Source: Candidatus Methylomirabilota bacterium
GTDB lineage: Bacteria; Methylomirabilota; Methylomirabilia; Rokubacteriales; CSP1-6
Direction: 5' to 3'
Assembly (NCBI GenBank): GCA_046726415.1
Contig: JBKPAK010000324.1
Span: 1-28,087, forward strand
DNA: 28,087 bases
The position numbers and the translations under genes were made by a program. Under the pieces are notes generated by a model. It had not been told where the DNA came from and did not search any database. It saw only the letters and a list, made by a program, of their open reading frames with translations. Positions 1 through 8,175 of the stretch are shown here, piece after piece. Position 1 is the stretch's first letter, and each line of letters starts with the position of its first letter.

Positions 1-35
1 GCCGAGCATCGCGGCCACTGTATCATGGGAGGTCG

Positions 36-629
36 ATGCGGCCCTCGTCCTGGATACCGGCAGTCGTGTGGATGGCCGGGATCATGATGCTGTCGTCACC
101 ATCCTTCAACAGCCAACGGACTGGCGGCGCTCTGCTCGGTCTCCTGTCCTGGGTCGCTCCCTGGCTCACCCCCGCCGACGCGGCCTCTCTGCACGTGGCT
201 CTCCGCAAAGTGGCTCACTTCATGGAATACGCCATCCTGTCTCTGCTGTGGTACCGGGCCCTCGTTCGCGATGCCGTGCTCACTCCGGGGATGGCCGCCG
301 CCTGCGCCTTCGGTATCTCTCTCGTCTGGGCCGGCCTCGACGAGACACATCAGCACTTCGTGCCGAGCCGTTCCGGCAGCGTTGGCGACGTCGCCATCGA
401 CGCGGCGGGGAGCCTGGCCGCCCTCACCATCGCTCGCCAAAACTGGGTGCGCACGGCGCGTGCCCTGACCATGCTGCTCCTGTGGCTGGCCGCCGTCGGG
501 GGGGCCGGCGTGCTCGCCATCAATCACCTGACCGGCGTTCCCTCAGGCCTCTTGTGGGTGACGGTGCCGGCTGCGGCGGCGGCGCTCGCCGGGCGATGGT
601 GGTGGCCTCGGACCAAGGCTAAACCGTGA
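36..629 (+). CDS. VanZ family membrane protein
   Basis: VanZ motifs RKVAHFMEYAIL and DETHQHFVPSRSGSVGDVAIDAAG; several hydrophobic segments; GGGAGG at 27-32; overlaps the convergent dppC-like gene by 11 nt. Confidence 0.85.
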   Translation: MRPSSWIPAVVWMAGIMMLSSPSFNSQRTGGALLGLLSWVAPWLTPADAASLHVALRKVAHFMEYAILSLLWYRALVRDAVLTPGMAAACAFGISLVWAGLDETHQHFVPSRSGSVGDVAIDAAGSLAALTIARQNWVRTARALTMLLLWLAAVGGAGVLAINHLTGVPSGLLWVTVPAAAAALAGRWWWPRTKAKP

Positions 630-1539
630 GGCGAGGATCGAGGGTATCGCGCAGGCCGTCGCCGAAGAGATTGATCCCCAGCACGGTGACGAGAATGGCG
701 AGCCCAGGGAACGTGGCGAGCCACCAGGCCGTGGAGATGTACACGCGACCGTCGGCCAGCATGCCGCCCCACGTGGGCGTGGGGGGTTGTACGCCCAGCC
801 CCAAGAACGATAGCGCCGACTCGATGACGATCACTCTGGCCATATCGAGAGTCGCCACCACCATCCACGGCGTGAAGGCGTTCGGCAGGATGTGGCGGAT
901 CAGCACCCACCGGTCGCCGCCGCCCAACGCCAGGGCGGCCTGCACGAATTCACGCTCAGTGAGGGAGAGGACAGTGCCGCGAACCACCCGCGCGTAGACG
1001 ACCCAGCTCGACACGCCGATCACGGCGATGATGGTGGGAAGGCTGGGTCCAAGCACCCCGATGACCGCGATGGCGAGCAGGATGAACGGGAAGGCGAGCT
1101 GGATGTCAGCCAGCCGCATGAGGACGTCGTCGACGCGGCCTCCGAAGTACCCCGCGATCAATCCGGCCACCATCCCCAGCACGCCGGAGATCAACACCGC
1201 GGCGAATCCCACCATCAGTGCCGGCCGCGCTCCGAACAGGATGCGGGCGAGCAGATCACGTCCGAGGTGATCGGTGCCCAGCAGGTGCAGCCGCCCGGAG
1301 GTATCGCGCGTCCCCGGCGCTTTCAGGCGCTCGGCAATGTTCTGCTCGATGGGATCGAAGGCAGACATGAGCGGAGCCGCCACCGCCGTGAACAGGACGA
1401 CCGCTACCACGCCCAGACCGAAGAGCGCCGTCCGGCGACGGGCGAGCCGGCGCAGGAAGAGCCGCCACTCGCGCGCCGCGGGACGCTCGGCCTCGCGCAG
1501 GGCCACGTCGCGCTCGGCGAGAACGCTGGCCGGGGTCAT
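619..1539 (-). CDS. ABC peptide/nickel transporter permease (DppC/OppC family)
   Basis: HLLGTDHLGRDLLARILFGAR, EFVQAALALG (EAA-like), RHILPN and ESALSFLGLGVQPPTPTWG motifs. Start moved to ATG 1539, which forms an ATGA overlap with the upstream permease stop. Confidence 0.93.
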   Translation of the reverse strand: MTPASVLAERDVALREAERPAAREWRLFLRRLARRRTALFGLGVVAVVLFTAVAAPLMSAFDPIEQNIAERLKAPGTRDTSGRLHLLGTDHLGRDLLARILFGARPALMVGFAAVLISGVLGMVAGLIAGYFGGRVDDVLMRLADIQLAFPFILLAIAVIGVLGPSLPTIIAVIGVSSWVVYARVVRGTVLSLTEREFVQAALALGGGDRWVLIRHILPNAFTPWMVVATLDMARVIVIESALSFLGLGVQPPTPTWGGMLADGRVYISTAWWLATFPGLAILVTVLGINLFGDGLRDTLDPRLTV

Positions 1540-2453
1540 CGGAGCCGGATGCGCGGATCGAGATAGGTGTAGATCACATCCACGAGGAGGTTGATCAGCA
1601 CGAACGTCGTGGCCAGCAGGAAAACCGCCGCCTGGACCACGGGATAGTCGCGGTTGTAGATGGCCTGGACCGACAGCCGCCCCACTCCGGGCCACGCAAA
1701 AATCGTCTCGGTGATCACGGAGCCTCCGAGAAGGGTGCCCAGCTCGATCCCCACGATGGTCACGATCGGAATGGCGGCATTCTTCAGCGCATGCTTCCAC
1801 ACGATCGGCGGGTTACTGACACCCTTGGCCCGCGCCGTGCGGATGTAGTCCTGATTCAGGACCTCCAGCATCCCCGAGCGGGTCAGACGCGTGATCCGCG
1901 CCGTGGTGAAGAGGCCTAGGGTGACCGCGGGCAAGACCAGGTGCGTGAGCCCGCCACGGCCCGAGGAGGGCAGCAGATTCAACTGGACGGAAAAGACCAG
2001 AATCAGCATGATGCCCAGCCAGAAGGTCGGCATCGACTGTCCCAGCAGCGCCACCACCGTGGAGACGTAGTCGGCCAGGGTGTTGCGACGCACGGCGGAA
2101 ATGATCCCGGCGGGGATGGCCAGGCAGAGCGCGATCAGCAAGCCCGCCCCCGCCAGCTCGAAGGTGGCGGGCATCCGCTCGATCACGAGATGGAAGGCCG
2201 GTTCGCCGTGGCGGATCGACTGGCCGAAGTCCCCCCGCAAGGCCCCGGCCAGGAAGCGCCCGTACTGAACAATGAAGGGGTCGTTGAACCCCATGGCCTC
2301 GCGAAAGCGCCGGATATCGTCGGCGGACGCCTCTGGAGGCAGCAGCACAAGGGCGGGATCACCGGTGAGATAGAGGATGAAGAAGACGACGAATGATACC
2401 CCGAACAATACGAGCAGTGACTGGGCGAGCCTCCGGAAGAGGTAGACCCTCAC
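1536..2453 (-). CDS. ABC peptide/nickel transporter permease (DppB/OppB family)
   Basis: YLFRRLAQ...GDPA, GDFGQS, DYIRTARAKG and ETIFAWPGVGRL...RDYPVVQ motifs. Start moved to GTG 2453 (GTGA overlap with the rlmD stop). Confidence 0.93.
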   Translation of the reverse strand: MRVYLFRRLAQSLLVLFGVSFVVFFILYLTGDPALVLLPPEASADDIRRFREAMGFNDPFIVQYGRFLAGALRGDFGQSIRHGEPAFHLVIERMPATFELAGAGLLIALCLAIPAGIISAVRRNTLADYVSTVVALLGQSMPTFWLGIMLILVFSVQLNLLPSSGRGGLTHLVLPAVTLGLFTTARITRLTRSGMLEVLNQDYIRTARAKGVSNPPIVWKHALKNAAIPIVTIVGIELGTLLGGSVITETIFAWPGVGRLSVQAIYNRDYPVVQAAVFLLATTFVLINLLVDVIYTYLDPRIRLR

Positions 2454-3817
2454 GAGGGCTTCGTGAGACGCGCGACGGCCTCGATGTGGGGGGTGTGCGG
2501 GAACATGTCGACCGGCTGCACCCACTCCAGCCGGTAGCCGTTCTGGGCGAGATCCCCGAGGTCACGCGCCAGGGTCGCCGGGTTGCACGATACGTAGACG
2601 ATTCGCCCGGCCGCCAGGGCGGCCAGGGCACGGAGGGCTTTGGGATGGAATCCTGCGCGGGGCGGATCGGCCACCACCACATCGGCCCGTACGCCGTCAG
2701 CGATCAGAGCCGGCAGCACGTGACGCACCTCGCCAGCAAGGAACGTGCAATGCGCGATGCCGTTGGCCGCCGCATTGCGCACGGCATCAGCCACCGCGGC
2801 CTCGGCAACGTCGATGCCGTAGACACGGCGGCAGCGCCGCGCCAAAAGAAGGCTGATGGCCCCGGTTCCCGAGTAGAGATCCATGAGGGTCTCGCCGCCG
2901 GTCAGGCCGGCGGCATCGGCCACGATCGCGAACAGCCGCTCAGCCTGCCGGGTGTTGGTCTGGAAGAAGGAGTTGGCCGATACCTGGAAGGCCACGTCGT
3001 CGAGGCGTTCCGTGATGTGGTCGCGACCGTGAAGGAGGTGTTCCTCTGTCCCCACCGCCACGCTGGCCTTTTTGCCATTGACGTTGAGGACGACGCTGGT
3101 GGTGGCGGGCACCCGTGCTCGCAGAGCTTCTGCCACCGGAGCGAGCCCCCCCACGTCGGGAGCGGCCGTCACGATGTTGACCATGGCCTCCCCCGTGCGC
3201 TGCCCTTCGCGCAGGGTCACGAAGCGAAGGAGCCCCTCGCCCGACTGCTGGTCGTACACCGAAAGCCGGCGAGCTCGCGCTTGATGGCGAACCTCGTCGA
3301 GCAGGACGTTCATCGTGTCGGACTGCAGAAGGCATCGCTCGATGTCCAGCACGACGTCGTAGCGCGCCGCCTCGTGCAGCCCGATCCGCGGGGCTCCGGT
3401 GGCGCCCGTCACGGTGAACTCCATCTTGTTCCGATACCCGAAGATCGCGGGCGCGGGAACGATCGGGCGCAGGTCGAACTCGCCGAGACGGCCCAGGCGC
3501 TGGAGACAATCGCGAACCTGCTTCTCCTTGAAGGAGAGCTGTGCCTCGTAGGCCATGTGTTGGAGGCGGCATCCGCCGCAGCGCCCGAAGTAGGGACACG
3601 GGGCGGTCACCCGATGCGGAGACGCCTCCTCCACGACCTCGATCTCGGCCCGGCCGAAGCGAGCCCGAGCATCCGTCATCGTCACGGTGAGTCGATCGCC
3701 GGGAAGCCCACCGGGCACGAAGACCACGTAACCGCCGGCGCGGCCCACACCTTGTCCCCCGAAGGCCAGGTCGTCGATCGCAATGGTGAACCGGTCACCG
3801 CGGCGGGGTTTCGCCAT
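2450..3817 (-). CDS. rlmD: 23S rRNA m5U1939 methyltransferase (RlmD/TrmA family)
   Basis: N-terminal TRAM domain (IDDLAFGGQGVGR), Fe-S motif CPYFGRCGGC, SFFQTN, DLYSGTG, DPPRAG, YVSCNPATLARD, DMFPHTPHIE. Start placed at ATG 3817, just downstream of the promoter. Confidence 0.92.
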   Translation of the reverse strand: MAKPRRGDRFTIAIDDLAFGGQGVGRAGGYVVFVPGGLPGDRLTVTMTDARARFGRAEIEVVEEASPHRVTAPCPYFGRCGGCRLQHMAYEAQLSFKEKQVRDCLQRLGRLGEFDLRPIVPAPAIFGYRNKMEFTVTGATGAPRIGLHEAARYDVVLDIERCLLQSDTMNVLLDEVRHQARARRLSVYDQQSGEGLLRFVTLREGQRTGEAMVNIVTAAPDVGGLAPVAEALRARVPATTSVVLNVNGKKASVAVGTEEHLLHGRDHITERLDDVAFQVSANSFFQTNTRQAERLFAIVADAAGLTGGETLMDLYSGTGAISLLLARRCRRVYGIDVAEAAVADAVRNAAANGIAHCTFLAGEVRHVLPALIADGVRADVVVADPPRAGFHPKALRALAALAAGRIVYVSCNPATLARDLGDLAQNGYRLEWVQPVDMFPHTPHIEAVARLTKPS

Positions 3818-3827
3818 CGATGCCGCC

Positions 3828-3856
3828 ACTATAAAGAGCGGTCCAGAGCGAGTCAA
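3828..3856 (-). promoter_or_regulatory. sigma70-type promoter for rlmD-dppBC
   Basis: Minus strand TTGACT-17 nt-TATAGT, ending 10 nt before the rlmD ATG. Confidence 0.75.
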
Positions 3857-3950
3857 TTGAGGCCCGCTCCGGTTTTCGCGAGAACCGCTGGCCCTCGGCG
3901 CCATGACGGCGTAGCATGCTCTGTATTGTGCGGGGAGGAGTCGAGACCGG

Positions 3951-6161
3951 TTGAAGTCGTCCGGGATCCCTCGAGCGGTCGGCGATCTCTTGCCTGAGGC
4001 GCTGCCTCAGCTCACCGAGCGCCTCGCCGAGGCCCGTTTGCGCCAGGCTTGGCACGCGACCGTGGGGCCCGAGGTGGCACGCCGGACGAGTCCCGGAACC
4101 CTCACTGACGGCTCCCTGACGGTCGTGGTCGACAACTCCCCCTGGCTGCACGAGTTGACCCTTCGCCAATCCGAGGTCCTCCTCATGATCCGTCGACGGT
4201 GTCCGTCCGTCAGGTCGCTCCGTCTGACCGTCGGTCCCCTGCCCGTGGACTCGAGCGCTCCGCGGGCCGCCCCTGTGCCTTCCGCGTCTGCACTCAGCGA
4301 AGGGGAGCGGCGGGAGATCGAGGAGGCGGCTGCGGCCATTGCCGACGCCAGACTCGCGGAGGTCGCCCGGCGCGTACTGACCCGCGCTCGTCACGCGACC
4401 GGCGGCCGTCGATTCGGCGCGCTCCTGGCCCCGCTGATCGTGCTCGGCTGCGCGGCCCTGGCCACCGGATGCGCGACCGCGGACCGCCGCTCGGCGGGAC
4501 AGCCGGAGGGGTTCGCGCGCGCCAGCGCGCCGGACATTCGCGCCGACTCGTACTACCACTACGCTGTGGCCCAAAGCCTCGCGCAGAACGGCGAGTTCAA
4601 AGATGCGATCACCGCCATGCAGGAGGCCATCAAGCGCGATCCGGACTCGGCGTTCCTGTGGACCACGCTGGCTCAATGGTACGGACGCGTCGAGGCGCCG
4701 GCGGATGCGGTGACGGCCGCGCGCCGGGCGGTGCAGCTCGCCCCCGGCCAGCTGGCGCCCCACATGACCCTGGCCGAGCTGCTGCGCGCTCAGCGAATGT
4801 ACGCAGAGGCAGAGCGGGAGCTGGAGAGCGCCATCGCGCTCAATCCCGACACCGAGGATCCCTATCTGACCTTGGCCCGCTATCAGGTCGAGCAACGCGC
4901 CTTCGACCGGGCCCGCGCCACCCTGATGCGCCTGGCCGAGCACAAACCCCAGCTGGCCCAGGCTCAGTTTCTCCTCGGGCGCCTGGCTATCGAGACCGAA
5001 GCCTGGGACGAAGCGGTCGCCCGCCTCCGCCGCGCCGTCGCGCTCGATCCCGATCACGACGGGGCGTGGACGGCCCTCGGCTATGTCTACGAAACGCGTG
5101 GCGACCAGGAGCAGGCGGTCCAGGTGTACGAGGAAGCGCTTCGCAACAATCCAGACAACCCCGCCTTCGTGGAGCGACTCGGCGATCTGCTCCTTCGCCT
5201 CGGCCGCTTCAAGGAAGCCCAGGAGCGGATCGAGCAGCTGGCGGAGTCGGCCCCGCGCAACGCCGCCGTGTGGCTCAAGCTCGGCGTCGTCTACTACGAA
5301 CAGAAGATGTGGGATCGCGCCAGCGATGCCTTCCGCCGGGCCATCGCGCTCGATCCGACAAATCTGCGCGCGCGGTACTTCTTGGCCACAGCGTACATGG
5401 ACGGTGGCAAGGACGCCGAGGCCAGGGCGGAGCTGGAGCGCATCTTGCGCGCCGATCCTCGCTCCATCGACGCCCGCGTCCAGCTCGGTTTCCTCCACGG
5501 CCGCGCCAAGCGCTACGACGAGGCCATCAGCGCCCTGCGCGAGGCCGTCAATCTCGATCCCAAGCGCGCCGAACTGTTCCTCTACCTCGGCACGGCGTAC
5601 TTTCGGGCCAAGCAATACGACCGGGCCTCCGACACGCTGCAGGAGGGGCTGGCCCTCGACGGCGGCCACAAGGATCTGCACTTTCAGCTGGGTGTCGTCT
5701 ACGAGAAGCAGGCGAAGTTCGACGACGCCGTCCAGCAGTTCCGCAAAGTGATCGCCGCCGATCCCCGCCACGCCGAGGCCTACAATTACGTGGGCTATAT
5801 GTACGCCGAGCGGGGTCAGAACCTCGAGGAGGCCATCCAGCTCATCTCGAAAGCCCTCGAACTCGAACCGGAGAATGGATACTTCATCGACAGCCTGGGC
5901 TGGGCCTACTACCAGCAGGGGCGCTATCCCGAAGCCCTGCGGGAGCTGAGGCGCGCCGTCGAGCGGGCCAAGGACGATCCCGTGATCTTCGAGCATCTGG
6001 GCGACGCCTACGCCAAGAACGGCATGAGCGAGGACGCGCTGGCGGCATGGGAGAAATCGCTCCAGCTCGATCCTTCCTCCGACGGAGTCAAGAACAAGGT
6101 CGAGACCATGAAGACGAACCTCCGTCGGCTGAAGGGTGAGCAGTCGAAAGCTTCTCCGTAG
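3951..6161 (+). CDS. DciA/DUF721-like domain fused via an internal lipoprotein-type signal peptide to a tetratricopeptide-repeat protein
   Basis: aa 1-~97 follow the DUF721 pattern (W..TVGPEVARRTSP...GSLTVVVDNSPWLHEL...LRLTVG); aa 153-174 RRF-hydrophobic-LATGC; then many TPRs ending in AYNYVGYMYAE...YFIDSLGWAYYQQG...EHLGD; GGAGGAG upstream of the TTG start. Confidence 0.85.
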   Translation: MKSSGIPRAVGDLLPEALPQLTERLAEARLRQAWHATVGPEVARRTSPGTLTDGSLTVVVDNSPWLHELTLRQSEVLLMIRRRCPSVRSLRLTVGPLPVDSSAPRAAPVPSASALSEGERREIEEAAAAIADARLAEVARRVLTRARHATGGRRFGALLAPLIVLGCAALATGCATADRRSAGQPEGFARASAPDIRADSYYHYAVAQSLAQNGEFKDAITAMQEAIKRDPDSAFLWTTLAQWYGRVEAPADAVTAARRAVQLAPGQLAPHMTLAELLRAQRMYAEAERELESAIALNPDTEDPYLTLARYQVEQRAFDRARATLMRLAEHKPQLAQAQFLLGRLAIETEAWDEAVARLRRAVALDPDHDGAWTALGYVYETRGDQEQAVQVYEEALRNNPDNPAFVERLGDLLLRLGRFKEAQERIEQLAESAPRNAAVWLKLGVVYYEQKMWDRASDAFRRAIALDPTNLRARYFLATAYMDGGKDAEARAELERILRADPRSIDARVQLGFLHGRAKRYDEAISALREAVNLDPKRAELFLYLGTAYFRAKQYDRASDTLQEGLALDGGHKDLHFQLGVVYEKQAKFDDAVQQFRKVIAADPRHAEAYNYVGYMYAERGQNLEEAIQLISKALELEPENGYFIDSLGWAYYQQGRYPEALRELRRAVERAKDDPVIFEHLGDAYAKNGMSEDALAAWEKSLQLDPSSDGVKNKVETMKTNLRRLKGEQSKASP

Positions 6162-6903
6162 CCTCGCCCTCGTCGTCGGGTTCACGGCAGGCTGTGCGAC
6201 CGCTCTTCCGCCACCCCGAGAGGCGATTCCGCCTGACGCCCGCCACGCGGTGGACCTGCTCGACGCCAACTGGCGAGCGTTCAGCGACCTCCGCACCCTG
6301 GCGTCGATGACCGTGGACCGCCGGGGCAAGCGCCAGCAGCTCGCCGGCGTGCTCTTGGCGAGGCGCCCCAGTGCCGTCCGCTTCGAAGTGCTGTCCCCTT
6401 TTGGCGCGCCGTTCCTGCTCGCCACGGTGGCCGAGGGACAGCTCCGGGCGTACAGCGCCGCCACCAACGAGGCCGTCGTCGGCCCGGCCACCCCCGAGGT
6501 CACGGCGAAGCTCCTGAGCCTACCCTTCGATGCCAACGACCTGGTCAGCGTCCTGGCCGGCCTGGCGGCGCCGCCCGACGATCTCCGCGCCGCCGAGGTG
6601 ATGCCGCCGGAGGGCGACGGCCCTTCTGTCACTCTCTACGGATCCGTGAACCGCAAGCGCGTGTGGATGGACATGACTACGGGGATCGTCCGGCAGCAGG
6701 AGATCGTGGGTGGCCGATACGCCGTGCGCGTCACGTATGCACGAGACACCGCGGGTGAGATGCAGGGATTCTCGTTCGACGCGGCAGGCTCTCAGGTGGT
6801 GGGAACCGTGCGGTATCGCGAACCCGTCTTCGGGGCCGGCATCGATCCCGAGCGCTTCACCTTCACCATCCCCCGCGGAGCCCGCGTTAAGAACATTGAA
6901 TAG
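6136..6903 (+). CDS. Lipoprotein, putative LolA/LolB-fold (LolB-position) protein
   Basis: Signal peptide with lipobox TAGC; beta-rich body (RPSAVRFEVLSPFG); LolA-like C-terminus IDPERFTFTIPRGARV; lies between the TPR gene and ispE as lolB does in Pseudomonas. Confidence 0.65.
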   Translation: MSSRKLLRSLALVVGFTAGCATALPPPREAIPPDARHAVDLLDANWRAFSDLRTLASMTVDRRGKRQQLAGVLLARRPSAVRFEVLSPFGAPFLLATVAEGQLRAYSAATNEAVVGPATPEVTAKLLSLPFDANDLVSVLAGLAAPPDDLRAAEVMPPEGDGPSVTLYGSVNRKRVWMDMTTGIVRQQEIVGGRYAVRVTYARDTAGEMQGFSFDAAGSQVVGTVRYREPVFGAGIDPERFTFTIPRGARVKNIE

Positions 6904-7128
6904 TCGGAGGGAGCGAGCGCCGCTCCCCCCGACACCCCCACCGCCATGTTGGGTGACGCGGGGGGAGCGTTCGCTCCTGCCCCGCCTCGTCAGCTGCTCC
7001 GTGGCGCTTCCCGCAGGGACCGCGGCCGCCACGGAGCGCGGAGTTGCCCCCTGCTCCGCCTCGTCAACTGCTCGGCGGCGCGTCGCCACGGCCGCTTGCC
7101 GCAGGACCCGGCCGGCGACGCGTTGACG
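6904..7128. repeat. Structured intergenic element: long hairpin plus two imperfect direct-repeat hairpin units
   Basis: CGCTCCCCCCG 6921-6931 pairs perfectly with 6959-6969, and 6910-6917 with 6970-6977. Direct repeats CTGCCCCGCCTCGTCAGCTGCTCCGTGGCGC (6977) and CTGCTCCGCCTCGTCAACTGCTCGGCGGCGC (7051). Confidence 0.7.
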
Positions 7129-7151
7129 GTAATGAGCGCGCGTGCTAGGGT
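7123..7151 (+). promoter_or_regulatory. sigma70-type promoter for ispE-tRNA-Gln-prs-rplY-pth
   Basis: TTGACG-17 nt-TAGGGT with extended -10 TG at 7143-7144. Confidence 0.6.
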
Positions 7152-7159
7152 TTGGTGCT

Positions 7160-8056
7160 TTGTCGACGGGATCGAGACGGGCCCGTCGCCTCGTGCTCAG
7201 CGCTTCGGCCAAAGTCAATCTCACACTCGAGGTCCTGGGGCGGCGCGCCGATGGCTACCACGAGATCGCGACGGTGATGCAGACGGTCGACCTCGCCGAC
7301 CGGCTAGTTCTCGAAGACGCGGACGACGTCGAGCTGAGGGCGACGGGACCAGGCGTCCCCGCGGACGCGAGCAATCTGGCGTGGAAGGCCGCGATGGCCC
7401 TTCGAGACGCGGCGGGCATCACGCGAGGTGTTCGGGTTCGGCTCGACAAGCGCATCCCCGTCGCAGGGGGACTCGGTGGCGGGTCCACCGATGCCGCGGC
7501 GGTGCTAGTCGGGCTGAACCGCCTTTGGCGCCTGCGGTGGCCGTTGGCGCGGCTCGACGAGGTCGCGGTATCGCTGGGTATGGACGTCCCGTTCTTCCTT
7601 CGCGGAGGGACGGCGCTCGGCACCGGTCGCGGGGAGCAGGTGCAGCTGGTGCCGGGAGTAGGTCTCGCGCTTGTGCTGGTCAATCCCGGGGTAGGCGCCA
7701 GCACGGCCGAGACGTACGGGCGAGTGACACGGCCGATGTACTCGAGCGGCGACCACTGCCGCGCGCTGCTGACGGCGCTCGAGAGCCGGCGCCCCGCCCG
7801 TGTCGCCGAGCACCTGTACAACGGTCTGGAGGCTGCCCTCGACACCCCCCGGAGGCATGTGGTGAAGATGAAGGCCGCCCTCCTCGCGGCCGGCGCGCTG
7901 GGGGCGGCCATGTCGGGCAGTGGGCCGACGGTGTTCGGCGTGGCGCGCTCGTGGGAACACGCGAGGCAGCTCCGGGCGCGGCTGGCGAGGGTATCATGGT
8001 CGTGCTGGGCGGTTCGCACCATACGCGGCCCGGCGATCCGGGTCAGGGCGCGGTGA
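7160..8056 (+). CDS. ispE: 4-diphosphocytidyl-2-C-methyl-D-erythritol kinase
   Basis: AKVNLTLEVLGRRADGYHEI, KRIPVAGGLGGGSTDAAA, DVPFFL, MSGSGPTVFG. Start uncertain: GTG 7142 lies inside the predicted promoter, so TTG 7160 or GTG 7193 is more likely. Confidence 0.95.
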   Translation: MSTGSRRARRLVLSASAKVNLTLEVLGRRADGYHEIATVMQTVDLADRLVLEDADDVELRATGPGVPADASNLAWKAAMALRDAAGITRGVRVRLDKRIPVAGGLGGGSTDAAAVLVGLNRLWRLRWPLARLDEVAVSLGMDVPFFLRGGTALGTGRGEQVQLVPGVGLALVLVNPGVGASTAETYGRVTRPMYSSGDHCRALLTALESRRPARVAEHLYNGLEAALDTPRRHVVKMKAALLAAGALGAAMSGSGPTVFGVARSWEHARQLRARLARVSWSCWAVRTIRGPAIRVRAR

Positions 8057-8069
8057 TGGCAGGGGACGA

Positions 8070-8144
8070 TGGGGCGTGGCCAAGCGGTAAGGCGCGGGAC
8101 TTTGGATCCCGTATTCGGGGGTTCGAATCCCTCCGCCCCAACCA
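8070..8144 (+). tRNA. tRNA-Gln (TTG)
   Basis: Acceptor TGGGGCG/CGCCCCA, D loop CCAAGCGGTAAGG, anticodon loop CTTTGGA, T loop GTTCGAATC, encoded CCA; conserved ispE-tRNA-Gln-prs position. Confidence 0.97.
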
Positions 8145-8175
8145 CCTTCGGGTGACCATCGAATAAGGCGAGGCC

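Noticed and set aside
2393..3997. 534-aa plus-strand ORF
   Set aside because: Antisense shadow of rlmD.
3795..6632. 945-aa minus-strand ORF
   Set aside because: Antisense shadow of the DciA-TPR and lipoprotein genes, typical of high-GC codon bias.
6946..8166. 406-aa plus-strand ORF spanning the structured region and ispE
   Set aside because: Arg/Gly/Pro-rich alternative frame overlapping ispE and tRNA-Gln.
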